From Escherichia phage PBM-2: a stretch of DNA of 64,000 nt. A model generated the notes under the pieces. It had not been told where the DNA came from. It made no database searches and worked only from the letters and a program-made list of their open reading frames with translations. Each line of letters opens with the position of its first letter. The stretch's first letter is position 1. Shown here piece by piece: positions 8,715 to 18,030 of this stretch. The stretch is taken from sequence record PV029541. One strand, written 5' to 3'. The position numbers and the translations under genes were made by a program.

Positions 8715-8896
8715 AACTTACTCAGTCCCAAGCAATCTTCCTTCGTATGGTTCAAGGTGGTTCTGCCACCAGTAACCGTAATAACAAAACCGCACAGTCT
8801 CTTAAGAAGCTGGGCTTAGTGCAGTTTAATGCTGGTCTTGGGTGGTCATTAACCCCTACCGGAGTACTTCAACTCAACGAATTAAAAGGTAACTAA
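8711..8896 (+). CDS. hypothetical protein (61 aa)
   Basis: ORF track; 4-nt overlap with upstream gene. Confidence 0.3.
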   Translation: MKLTQSQAIFLRMVQGGSATSNRNNKTAQSLKKLGLVQFNAGLGWSLTPTGVLQLNELKGN

Positions 8897-9223
8897 ATGA
8901 AAACTTTAATTGCTGTTGCTGTAGTAGCTTTATCAGCTCTGTCATTCAATGCTCAAGCATCCAGCCGTGAAACCTTGTTGGAAGCTGCTGCTGATTACAA
9001 AGCCAATAATGCAAACTTTGTGAACCAGGGTTACTTCATGGGCATGGTTACTATGGGTGTAGAAGCGGGAAAGAACTGCGTACCAGATAGTTTGAAGTTA
9101 GGAAATGTCTTTGACAAAGTAGCCACTATTATCCTGTACGACCGAAAGGTTAATGCAGTAAAAGTGCCATCAGACATGGTTCTAATGGCAATTGATACAG
9201 CCTACCCATGTATTAAATCTTAA
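8897..9223 (+). CDS. secreted (periplasmic) small protein with two Cys
   Basis: Classic Sec signal peptide MKTLIAVAVVALSALSFNAQA with AQA cleavage site; mature part has Cys in GKNCVPDS and YPCIKS. Confidence 0.45.
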   Translation: MKTLIAVAVVALSALSFNAQASSRETLLEAAADYKANNANFVNQGYFMGMVTMGVEAGKNCVPDSLKLGNVFDKVATIILYDRKVNAVKVPSDMVLMAIDTAYPCIKS

Positions 9224-9257
9224 TTAGTAATTCCATTAACTTTAGGAGAGTAAGTAA

Positions 9258-10310
9258 ATGGCGAGCATTGACTCACTGACCGTATGTAATACACGTCAGG
9301 CCCGTAACTTTATTATTCGTGCCCTGCAAGCAGGTAACGTACCATTCCTGACTTCATCACCAGGCATGGGTAAATCTGCAATTATTCGTTCTGTTGCAGA
9401 AGAATTTGGTATGAAGCTGATAGACCATCGTCTGTCTACTTCTGCCCCGGAAGACTTATCTGGTTTACCATTCCGTAATGGTGACCGTGCAGAGTTTATC
9501 CCATTCGCTGATTTATTCCCTATTGAGGGGGATGAAATACCAGAAGGATATAATGGTTGGCTCTTGTTCCTTGATGAGTTCCCATCTGCTCGCAAAGAAG
9601 TAATAGCTGCTGCATATAAACTGATTCTAGACCGTATGACTGGTCAGAAAAAACTCCATCCTAATGTGATGATTATCTGCGCTGGTAACAAGGCTACTGA
9701 CCGTGCCATTGTTAACCCACTGGGTACTGCAATGCAGTCTCGTGTTGTCCACTTCGAAATGGAACTTAACTTCGACATCTTTGTTGAAGACGTAATGATT
9801 CCACAACAATGGGATGAACGCCTGGTTGCATTCCTACATGCTAATCCAGGTTATCTGCATGACTTTGACCCAGCCCATAAGAACAAAACGTTCTGTTGTC
9901 CTCGTACCTGGGACTTTGTTAATAAAGACCTCAAGAACCGTCCTGAAGGTGCTCTGCCTGACGAAGATTCTATCTACTATGCAGGACACGTTACTGCTGG
10001 TAAGGCTACAGAATTTGTTCAGTTTACTCAGGTATACAATCGTATGATTACGATTGAGAAGGTAGTAAAAGACCCTTTGGGCTGTGCACTACCAGAAGAT
10101 AACAACCTGTGCTGGGCTACCGTTAACCATCTGGCTAACAAAACCACTGAGGAAAACTTCGCTGATGTTCTTCAGTACATCGAACGCTTTAAAACGTTCA
10201 CCCATAAGATTCTGTACTTCCGTACAGTAGGCAGAGCATTACCAGAACTTCAGGCTACCCCTGAATGGCGTAAGGCTGCTGCTAATATCTCTCGTTACCT
10301 TCACGGATAA
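9258..10310 (+). CDS. AAA+ ATPase, MoxR-like
   Basis: Walker A SPGMGKSA, Walker B LLFLDEF; about 350 aa; immediately followed by a VWA-type partner as in MoxR systems. Confidence 0.7.
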   Translation: MASIDSLTVCNTRQARNFIIRALQAGNVPFLTSSPGMGKSAIIRSVAEEFGMKLIDHRLSTSAPEDLSGLPFRNGDRAEFIPFADLFPIEGDEIPEGYNGWLLFLDEFPSARKEVIAAAYKLILDRMTGQKKLHPNVMIICAGNKATDRAIVNPLGTAMQSRVVHFEMELNFDIFVEDVMIPQQWDERLVAFLHANPGYLHDFDPAHKNKTFCCPRTWDFVNKDLKNRPEGALPDEDSIYYAGHVTAGKATEFVQFTQVYNRMITIEKVVKDPLGCALPEDNNLCWATVNHLANKTTEENFADVLQYIERFKTFTHKILYFRTVGRALPELQATPEWRKAAANISRYLHG

Positions 10311-10314
10311 AATA

Positions 10315-11490
10315 ATGAACCAATTTCCTCAGCACTCCCTTAGTGATGAACAACTCATGCGTGAATATGATCGTATTCAGGCTCAGACTTTCCTAGGCAA
10401 GTCTGCTGCGTTCTTTGGTTCATTACTATGTAGCCTTAAGTTCTCATGGAAACGTGAGGATTGTCCCACCGCATGTACTGATGGGATAGAACTACACTTC
10501 AACCCGGATTTCTTTATCTGGATGTGTCCAGACGCAAGAGAAACAGTGTTAATGCACGAACTCTGGCATGTAGCATATCTGCATGACATCCGTCGTGGAA
10601 GCCGTGACCCAGAAATCTGGAACCAGGCATGTGACCACTTCATTAACCTCCAGTTAGAAGAAGATGGTTACAAGTTCACTGGTATTGATGAAGGTATTTG
10701 CAAAGACCCTCAATATAAAGGATGGGTTGAAGAAGACATCTACGATGACCTGATGAAGAACCCTCAGAAAAGGCAGAAGCCGTCAGGGGGTGCTGGAGCA
10801 GGTCTTGCTGGCGACATGAAATCCCCCTCTTCGGGGCAGTCCCAGGGTGCTGTTGTCAACAACGTAGTACGTGCAATGCAGAGCCAGAAAATGGCTGGTG
10901 GAACAATGCCTGGTAAGGGTGCTGGTCGTATGGAAGAGGTTATTACCCAATTCCTCAAACCAGTGGTTCCATGGCAGGAAGTTCTGATGAACTTCTTTAC
11001 CGACATTGACGATACTCATTATACGTGGGCCAGACCTAACCGTCGTTACACTGACATCTATCTACCTTCCATGGAAGATGATGAAGGACGTCTACGACAC
11101 TTAGCCTACTTTGAGGATGTATCTGGTTCCATTAGTAGTGCTGACTCTCTGCGATTTAACTCAGAAGTTGCCTATGTCAAGAGCCAGTTCAATCCTAAGA
11201 AGATGTCCTTAATTACCTTCGACGATATTATCCAAGAAGAGATAGACATCACTGAAGAAGATACTTTTGAAGAGATTAAGATTACTGGTCGTGGTGGTAC
11301 AAGCCTTGTGCCAGTACGAGATTGGATTATTAAGAATAAGCCAACTGCTGCAATCATATTCTCCGATATGTATGTTCATCCAATGGAAGAATTACCATTT
11401 GATATTCCTATCATCTGGTGTGTTCTGAATAATCCCAATGCTACCGTACCTTTTGGGGAGGTAGTTCATATCCCTAAAGGAATGAAATAA
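10315..11490 (+). CDS. VWA-domain protein with N-terminal HExxH metallopeptidase-like motif (MoxR partner)
   Basis: VLMHELWHVAYLHD (HExxH); gene pairing with the MoxR-like ATPase; C-terminal half consistent in size with a VWA fold. Confidence 0.55.
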   Translation: MNQFPQHSLSDEQLMREYDRIQAQTFLGKSAAFFGSLLCSLKFSWKREDCPTACTDGIELHFNPDFFIWMCPDARETVLMHELWHVAYLHDIRRGSRDPEIWNQACDHFINLQLEEDGYKFTGIDEGICKDPQYKGWVEEDIYDDLMKNPQKRQKPSGGAGAGLAGDMKSPSSGQSQGAVVNNVVRAMQSQKMAGGTMPGKGAGRMEEVITQFLKPVVPWQEVLMNFFTDIDDTHYTWARPNRRYTDIYLPSMEDDEGRLRHLAYFEDVSGSISSADSLRFNSEVAYVKSQFNPKKMSLITFDDIIQEEIDITEEDTFEEIKITGRGGTSLVPVRDWIIKNKPTAAIIFSDMYVHPMEELPFDIPIIWCVLNNPNATVPFGEVVHIPKGMK

Positions 11491-11996
11491 TGGTTGTTAA
11501 TGGTAATTCTCTATACCGTTCATCTCAGTTGCTGGATGTCCCAGACCGTAAGATATCAGAGCATGGTGTAAGCTATGGATTAGGTGAAGCTGGTTATGAT
11601 ATTCGTATCAAACAAGACATTACCTTCTATCGCTTATTTGGGTTGATTCCAATGGTGAAAGTCGTTGATGGAAATCAAGTATCACGCCATCTCGGTAAGT
11701 TCACCTTGGCTTCAGCAATTGAGAAGTTCAACATGTCTCCATCCTGTGTAGCTATCGTTCACGATAAGTCTACGTGGGCAAGACGTGCATTATCAGTGTT
11801 CAATACCGTGATTGAGCCAGGTTGGAAAGGGTATCTTACCCTTGAACTGGTCTATCATGGTCGTAAGAAACTACATATCCCGGCTGGTGCTGGGATAGCT
11901 CAAGTATTATTTCATCTGGTTCAGGAACCTGCTAATTACAATGGCAAGTATCAGAACCAGGAAAACCAACCAGTAGCTGCTAGACCTTCAAAATAA
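11490..11996 (+). CDS. dcd: dCTP deaminase (dUTPase-fold)
   Basis: GYDIRIKQDITF and IEPGWKGYLTLELVYHG match dCTP deaminase signature regions. Confidence 0.6.
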   Translation: MVVNGNSLYRSSQLLDVPDRKISEHGVSYGLGEAGYDIRIKQDITFYRLFGLIPMVKVVDGNQVSRHLGKFTLASAIEKFNMSPSCVAIVHDKSTWARRALSVFNTVIEPGWKGYLTLELVYHGRKKLHIPAGAGIAQVLFHLVQEPANYNGKYQNQENQPVAARPSK

Positions 11997-12026
11997 AAGG
12001 CTATCCAGCTTAATTAAGGAAACAAC

Positions 12027-12227
12027 ATGTCAGTATTTCAAGTAACTCCTGTTGGCAGTACCGTGCGTAAAACTATTGTTGCAACTAACGTAGTAGATGT
12101 AGATGAGACATCAGTCGGTGCTGTAATTCATCTGATTGATGGGCGAACAGTATCTGTAAAAGAAAGTTACCGTTCTGTGCGTGGTTACGTTCGTAAAGCT
12201 TTAACTGCTGTCTCTGACGCAGAGTAA
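12027..12227 (+). CDS. hypothetical protein (66 aa)
   Basis: ORF track; RBS-like aaggaaacaac upstream. Confidence 0.3.
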   Translation: MSVFQVTPVGSTVRKTIVATNVVDVDETSVGAVIHLIDGRTVSVKESYRSVRGYVRKALTAVSDAE

Positions 12228-12300
12228 GTAGCTGCCTAAATAGCCCAGCATAGTTGGGCTATTTGTGAAGAAACTAACTCAACCCCACATAGGAACCATC

Positions 12301-12543
12301 ATGGAATCTTTAGCAGCAATCCTTGTTTTCTTATTCATACTAGCTGTATACCTCATCCCTACTATCATTGCTTTTGCACGAGGCCATGCCTCCAAGTGGG
12401 GTATTGGTGTACTCAATATTGTATTAGGCTGGTCACTGGTATTCTGGGTAGTAGCACTGATTTGGGCACTGTCCAACAAAGGGCAAAGCCAAGTTACAAA
12501 CGTAACTGTTGTTCAAACCAATGGCGGTAGTAAAGCAGAGTAA
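12301..12543 (+). CDS. superinfection immunity protein (T4 Imm-like), membrane
   Basis: Track ORF 12265..12543; YLIPTIIAFARGH...LNIVLGWSLVFWVVALIWAL matches my recollection of the Imm-type family; two TM helices; AGGA RBS before internal ATG at 12301. Confidence 0.55.
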   Translation: MESLAAILVFLFILAVYLIPTIIAFARGHASKWGIGVLNIVLGWSLVFWVVALIWALSNKGQSQVTNVTVVQTNGGSKAE

Positions 12544-12618
12544 CTAACCTAAGCATCATTACATAGTGGTGCTTGTGGAAGTTACTTCCAGCTCATTGCT
12601 TATCCATCTCCTAACCCA

Positions 12619-12647
12619 AGCCCACCTAACCAGTGGGCTTTTTTATT
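12619..12647 (+). terminator. rho-independent terminator (approx. coords)
   Basis: aagcccac/gtgggctt stem followed by ttttttattt. Confidence 0.6.
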
Positions 12648-12660
12648 TACAGGTACTCTT

Positions 12661-13047
12661 ATGTCAAACAGACGAAATGGTAAGTCTATCCTGCAAGGAC
12701 TGGACTTCGGTAAGCTGGAACAAACTGCAATGCTTGCTTTAGGTAAAGCTGTACATGATCAAGTAGATAATGAAATTGAATTAGATCTTTACACAGCAAT
12801 GCAGGCTATTGTTCAGAAAGGATGGACTACTAGCAGACCATTTTATGCCACTTCATACACTCCACCGGAACCCCATCTGAAATCTAAGGTAGACCGAATC
12901 ATAGACAAGTTCTGGCTTAGTCCGTGTTATGACGAAATGCATCTTTACTTGGCTCAAATACAAAAGAATCCCCGTACTAAGGATGTATTCAAAGGTAAAA
13001 GTACTACTCATCATTATCCCTGGTATAGAAGAGGTAGTAAATACTAA
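12661..13047 (+). CDS. hypothetical protein (128 aa)
   Basis: ORF track. Confidence 0.35.
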   Translation: MSNRRNGKSILQGLDFGKLEQTAMLALGKAVHDQVDNEIELDLYTAMQAIVQKGWTTSRPFYATSYTPPEPHLKSKVDRIIDKFWLSPCYDEMHLYLAQIQKNPRTKDVFKGKSTTHHYPWYRRGSKY

Positions 13048-13490
13048 TGCGTATCCCATTCCTACGGAAAAGGGAACGAAATCCTGTTCTTTACAATAAA
13101 GGCATAGAGGATGAGTATGAACTCAACCGTAAAGCTCGTTCCTACACAACAAAATTATTTATGGGGACTAACAATCCTGATAGATTACTGGACTTTGTTT
13201 TTGAACAAGTCTTTATCATATACAGCTTAGCTATGTCTGCTGGTTCACAAGAAGTAAGTGATAAGGCAAGAGATGCTCTCTGTATGCTCCGTAAAGAGTA
13301 TGAAGCCCTCATGTATGAAGACTTATACTCCTTTAAAAAAGAAACCGCTGTAGCGTGTTCTGTGGCCCTTACTGAAGGTATAGCAGTATTGCAAGAGCTA
13401 CCCCGTAGTGAGTTTAAGCTGGTATATGTTCAGGTTAAGAAAATTACAGAAAACCGTAGTGGTATCACCAACTATCTAAGGTCATTCTAA
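13047..13490 (+). CDS. hypothetical protein (147 aa)
   Basis: ORF track; start overlaps upstream stop. Confidence 0.35.
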   Translation: MRIPFLRKRERNPVLYNKGIEDEYELNRKARSYTTKLFMGTNNPDRLLDFVFEQVFIIYSLAMSAGSQEVSDKARDALCMLRKEYEALMYEDLYSFKKETAVACSVALTEGIAVLQELPRSEFKLVYVQVKKITENRSGITNYLRSF

Positions 13491-14434
13491 TGATTAAGGC
13501 AACTGTCATTGCAGATTCCGTTCACCCAGAAACAGGAACTCGTATTACTACCTTTGAATTGGTTTATCCCCGATTCATTCACAGTGAGTTTATGACCCAC
13601 CGTGTATTTAACCGTAATGCTTCAAGCAGTCGTGCTATTCCTACATCTAAGTTAATTGAACAGGTTCGTAATGAACCAGTGATGCCAAGTCACTGGGGCA
13701 AGAACCAGAAAGGTATGCAAGCAGATGAAGAACTCACTCCTGCTGAGATTGAAGATGCTAAGTTTATCTGGGATAACGCTGCATCTGCTGCTGCTGTGTA
13801 TGCTGAACAGCTACGACGTGGACAAGTACATAAGCAGATTGTTAACCGTATCCTGGAACCATTCACGCATATTCGTGTAGTGGTAACTTCAACTAGCTGG
13901 GCTAATTTCTATGGACTGCGTGACCACAAAGATGCACAACCAGAGATTCGTGAACTGGCTCAAGCAATGCGTAAGGCACATGAAGAAAGTACACCAAGAG
14001 CACTACCGTATGGGCAATGGCATCTGCCTTATATTGCTCATATTGACCGTGTTGGGGCTTATAATTTCTGCAAACGTAATCGAATTACACGCGATGAACC
14101 AAGTGATGCAGAAGTGCATGGGCTACTTCTCAAAGTAAGTGCTGCACGCTGTGCCCGTGCTTCTTATAACAACTTTGAAGGACGTCCTTCTACTATTGAG
14201 GAAGACCTTAGCTTATTTGCTAAGTTAGTGGAAAACCAACCTATTCATGCTTCCCCAACAGAGCATCAAGCTACACCTATGAATCTTGGTGAGAAGTACG
14301 TGAATAACATGAACCCAGTTACATGGGAACAAGGTGTTACATCCATGGATAAAGAAGGGAACCTGTACTCAGGTAACCTGCTTCACTTTATCCAATTCCG
14401 TAAGTTAATCCCAGGTGAGACAATTACTGAATGA
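13490..14434 (+). CDS. thyX: putative flavin-dependent thymidylate synthase (ThyX-like)
   Basis: FMTHRVFNRNASSSRAIP resembles the ThyX RHR-x7-S signature, with Thr in place of the first Arg; size of about 314 aa fits. Confidence 0.45.
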   Translation: MIKATVIADSVHPETGTRITTFELVYPRFIHSEFMTHRVFNRNASSSRAIPTSKLIEQVRNEPVMPSHWGKNQKGMQADEELTPAEIEDAKFIWDNAASAAAVYAEQLRRGQVHKQIVNRILEPFTHIRVVVTSTSWANFYGLRDHKDAQPEIRELAQAMRKAHEESTPRALPYGQWHLPYIAHIDRVGAYNFCKRNRITRDEPSDAEVHGLLLKVSAARCARASYNNFEGRPSTIEEDLSLFAKLVENQPIHASPTEHQATPMNLGEKYVNNMNPVTWEQGVTSMDKEGNLYSGNLLHFIQFRKLIPGETITE

Positions 14435-14667
14435 AAAAACTAGCTATCCAGGCAATGATTATAAATATCATCCTGGTTCTGGAATTTGTATTTTCATTAC
14501 ACAATGTTCAGAGCCTAGAAGAGATGTTCTTCGTAGTGGCCCGTTTCTCTGCATGTATTATTGGCCTATGGTGTGCATATTACTATGCACGAGATTATGT
14601 AGCCATTAAAGAGCAGGATGAAGCAAAGGAGCGTGTGATACGCTTCTTTGGAGGAAATCGTAAGTAA
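14431..14667 (+). CDS. small membrane protein (78 aa)
   Basis: ORF track; two hydrophobic segments; followed by terminator. Confidence 0.35.
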   Translation: MKKLAIQAMIINIILVLEFVFSLHNVQSLEEMFFVVARFSACIIGLWCAYYYARDYVAIKEQDEAKERVIRFFGGNRK

Positions 14668-14672
14668 ACCTA

Positions 14673-14699
14673 AGACCTCCTCCGGGAGGTCTTTTTTTG
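14673..14699 (+). terminator. rho-independent terminator (approx. coords)
   Basis: agacctcc/ggaggtct stem, TCCG loop, seven T. Confidence 0.65.
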
Positions 14700-14727
14700 G
14701 TTTCAATTAACTCTTTTAGGAGGGCAT

Positions 14728-14940
14728 ATGCCTGCTAAATACCGTATCAAAGATACACCCGTAATGTGTGAGGGTGAGAAAGGTGACATTGTATATGCCT
14801 GTATCCAGGATGATTTCAATGCTGCTCTGATGCTAACTCAGATGACAAATACACTGCATGTATCAGTGACACTGGACCCTACCGGTGACTATCCATGCTT
14901 CCCTATTCCTGCCCATAACCTGGAGCAAATCCATGATTAA
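14728..14940 (+). CDS. hypothetical protein (70 aa)
   Basis: ORF track; AGGAGG RBS upstream. Confidence 0.35.
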   Translation: MPAKYRIKDTPVMCEGEKGDIVYACIQDDFNAALMLTQMTNTLHVSVTLDPTGDYPCFPIPAHNLEQIHD

Positions 14941-15247
14941 CCCTGAAGTAATTCATAGCAAAACTGGTAAAACTGTTCCTCTTAGTGAAATTGCGGTAAC
15001 TGGTGATATTGCTGCTTGCCCAGCTAACATCGCTTCTATATGTATGTGCATTGCTGCACTGGCAGAGGAACGTAAGTTATGGTTGGAACCAAGCAAGGAA
15101 ATGGTACTGGCTGGCATGTCTGAACTGAATGCACTTCTGAAAGAAATGTATGACGAGGATGGGCAACTAGTTGAACCAACTGATGACCAAATATCAGATG
15201 CTGTCGTATTCATCCTTCAAGCAATGGCAGGTAAACGCAATGGCTAA
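14933..15247 (+). CDS. hypothetical protein (104 aa; internal ATG start)
   Basis: Track ORF 14885..15247; ATG at 14933 overlaps upstream stop (ATGATTAA) with GGAG RBS. Confidence 0.35.
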   Translation: MINPEVIHSKTGKTVPLSEIAVTGDIAACPANIASICMCIAALAEERKLWLEPSKEMVLAGMSELNALLKEMYDEDGQLVEPTDDQISDAVVFILQAMAGKRNG

Positions 15248-15431
15248 TGTAAATATCGCCTCAGAGAAAACGTATAGCATTCAGATAAATGGATTAACCG
15301 AGTATCAGGTCTTATTCCTAATGAATGCTTTTCAAAATAGTCCCGTGGGTCACCATCCTAATGATGAACCACAGGAAGAAGCTGAACTTCGTAAAGCTAT
15401 TTTTGATAAGTGCAAACAAGTCCTACTATAA
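15240..15431 (+). CDS. hypothetical protein (63 aa; internal ATG start)
   Basis: Track ORF 15171..15431; ATG at 15240 overlaps upstream stop (ATGGCTAA). Confidence 0.3.
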   Translation: MANVNIASEKTYSIQINGLTEYQVLFLMNAFQNSPVGHHPNDEPQEEAELRKAIFDKCKQVLL

Positions 15432-15458
15432 GCAACATTTAAACTGGAGAGTAAATAA

Positions 15459-18026
15459 ATGTTAGTTGCAGATACCAATGAAGTAGCTACCTCAGCGACA
15501 CTGGGTGGCAAAGAAACGATTGCCTTTGGCATCTCTGATGACCCGACATTCTTTCACGTATTAAGTACTTCCCTGTACAACAACCCCACTCTGGCAGTAG
15601 TCCGTGAGACTATCTGTAACAGTTGGGATGCTCATATTGAAGCAGGTAAGACTGATACCCCTATTCGTATCACTATTGATACAGACAACTTTATTACCTT
15701 CCGTGACTTTGGTAATGGCATCCCCGATGAACTCATTGGTTCCATTTATGGTGTCTATGGTGCATCTACTAAGAAAGCCAACAGTAGTGTTACTGGTGGT
15801 TTTGGTCTGGGATGTAAATCCCCGTTCGCTTATACAGATAGCTTCCAGGTTACTTCATGGAACCAGGGAAAGATGTCGGTATATAACGTAGCTAAAGCTG
15901 CGATTGAGAATGACGGTAAACCAGGCATTGTTCCTATTGTTACTAATATTCCTACTGAGGAATCTGGGCTGGAAGTTAAATTCCAGTTAGGCAAGCATGA
16001 TTTAAATACCTTTGTACATTACATCACATCAATAGTATTTAACGGTGAGATTAAAGCTGAACTTAGTATCCCTAAACTCGTTAAAACAGAAGAAGGTAAT
16101 AGTATTCAGCAAGGTGACTACACTCTACTGAATACACTAGGAATGTCATTTGAACCTGGTTCATACGATATGTCTGATAGATGGTATCAAGGCTATATGG
16201 GTAACAGTAACATATTCGTTCGTTACGGTAACGTAATGTACCCAATTGTATCCAGCCCAGCTAGTGAAGAGGCTGTAGGTCTTATCCTCAACTTTATGAA
16301 TATCATTGGTGCTTCTAATCTGGTGGTTCAGGCTGCACCTGATACTCTAGCTATTTCTCCTAGTCGAGAAACACTGTCTAACCAGAAGTTAACTGACGAT
16401 GGTATTACTACTCTGTGTGTAGATTTAGTAGACCGTATGGAGAAAGAGATTAGGGCTAAAATTCCTGAAGCTATTAAGCAGATTGAAGAATATGCCGCTA
16501 AAGCATCTACCCGCTTCTGGACCTATCCATCTTTCTTGATTGCTGTCACAGACCCTATTGTTCAACGCTATATGTCCTCTAGTTTGTGGGCTAAGCAACG
16601 TAAACATCACATCAAGCACTGGCGTAACTTATCTAATAAGGCATTATTAGCCCGGCCAGAATATGCTGGTCTTAAGAAGTTGTATGGTAAGGCTATGCGT
16701 GCTCTTAAAGATACTCGTGAAGAAGGTGCATACTCTCCATTTCAGGAATTAGTATATCGCCATCTGCACTTACCACAACTCGCTGCTTTAAAAACCTCTG
16801 GTATTAAGTGGTCTGGTTACATAATGAACCAGGGTAACCATGTTGACCTGGTGAAAGGTAAACTTACTGACTACTTTAGGATATTCTATAACTCCCATCA
16901 GAGTATTGGCATATTCACTACTAAAAATGTTGTAATTACCCGACGTTTATCTGATTGTGCAGACTCTTTCTCATATTTCCCAGAGTACAATCGTGGTGAC
17001 CTGGAACGTACAGCTTTTGTTCACGTCGTTAGTCCTAAAAAGGGTGCAGCAGAAGAAGCTGTAGCTAAGTTCACTGCTATGGGTTATCGGGTAATTGACC
17101 TCACTCAATATAATGAGTGGGACAAACCAACTAACTACCGCAGAGAACAAGCTAAGATAGCTGCTGAGAAACGAGCTAAGACGATAGCTGCCAATAAAAC
17201 CAAAGCAGGGGGTAAAACTAATGCTCTGATTTCGTTGAATGCAGTTCTCGGTACTACTTCTGTACGAAATAAAAGTGGGGATTGGGATTCTAAGCCGTAC
17301 ATTGACAAGGATTTTACTGACCCAAGCTTCCATGAGAAGTACGGTTTCGTTGAAGTGGAACAGCCTAAGTACTACGTACTAGCCAATCAGGTTAGTTCTG
17401 GTAGTCCTGTAACTGCTCGGATTGGAACCATGTGGAAATGGTATGAGTTATCTGACGAGATGAAAGCAGAGACTGTTGTCTGTCGCAATCAAATTGAAGC
17501 TAACAAAGCTAAACGACGTGGTGCTATTCACATTGATGACGTTCGTTTTATGGAGCTGATGCCAGTTATTACCAGCAAAGGCTTCAAGAAATATGTTACT
17601 GAACACCGTATTGGTATTCTGGAATATGTAGGATTAGATGACAGGGAATACTGGGAAATCCTCGATATTCTTGGTCTAACATTCAAACCATTACAGAATC
17701 TGATTTTTAAACCAGAGTATGAATGGGCATATGACTTTCTACGGAATCGACCACATAACAACAAAGAAAAACTTGTTGAAATGGGTTGTATTAAGTCAGT
17801 TGATGACTTAGAGCCATATACAATGATGGTTAATCCGCGTAATCATAAGTACTTTGAAATACTTAATCAGTACAAGGGGTTATTCAGCTATAGCTTGAGT
17901 GCTGGTGACATACTACAGAGTCTGGACTTGGGGAGTTTAGTTAAACACCTCAAGAAAAATCCAGAGGATATTCCTGGGTTTAAGTCCCTCTACCGTAATC
18001 GTCTAAATAAACTGAAAGGTAACTAA
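15459..18026 (+). CDS. rIIA: rIIA-like protein (GHKL ATPase-like N-terminus)
   Basis: LSTSLYNNPTLAVVRETICNSWDAH and GGFGLGCKSPFAYTDSFQVTSW closely parallel T4 rIIA N-terminal motifs as recalled; 855 aa. Confidence 0.8.
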   Translation: MLVADTNEVATSATLGGKETIAFGISDDPTFFHVLSTSLYNNPTLAVVRETICNSWDAHIEAGKTDTPIRITIDTDNFITFRDFGNGIPDELIGSIYGVYGASTKKANSSVTGGFGLGCKSPFAYTDSFQVTSWNQGKMSVYNVAKAAIENDGKPGIVPIVTNIPTEESGLEVKFQLGKHDLNTFVHYITSIVFNGEIKAELSIPKLVKTEEGNSIQQGDYTLLNTLGMSFEPGSYDMSDRWYQGYMGNSNIFVRYGNVMYPIVSSPASEEAVGLILNFMNIIGASNLVVQAAPDTLAISPSRETLSNQKLTDDGITTLCVDLVDRMEKEIRAKIPEAIKQIEEYAAKASTRFWTYPSFLIAVTDPIVQRYMSSSLWAKQRKHHIKHWRNLSNKALLARPEYAGLKKLYGKAMRALKDTREEGAYSPFQELVYRHLHLPQLAALKTSGIKWSGYIMNQGNHVDLVKGKLTDYFRIFYNSHQSIGIFTTKNVVITRRLSDCADSFSYFPEYNRGDLERTAFVHVVSPKKGAAEEAVAKFTAMGYRVIDLTQYNEWDKPTNYRREQAKIAAEKRAKTIAANKTKAGGKTNALISLNAVLGTTSVRNKSGDWDSKPYIDKDFTDPSFHEKYGFVEVEQPKYYVLANQVSSGSPVTARIGTMWKWYELSDEMKAETVVCRNQIEANKAKRRGAIHIDDVRFMELMPVITSKGFKKYVTEHRIGILEYVGLDDREYWEILDILGLTFKPLQNLIFKPEYEWAYDFLRNRPHNNKEKLVEMGCIKSVDDLEPYTMMVNPRNHKYFEILNQYKGLFSYSLSAGDILQSLDLGSLVKHLKKNPEDIPGFKSLYRNRLNKLKGN

Positions 18027-18030
18027 TCTG

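Noticed and set aside
15604-15891. 95-aa plus-strand ORF in an alternative frame within rIIA
   Set aside because: Fully nested in the rIIA gene, which has strong family motifs in the primary frame.
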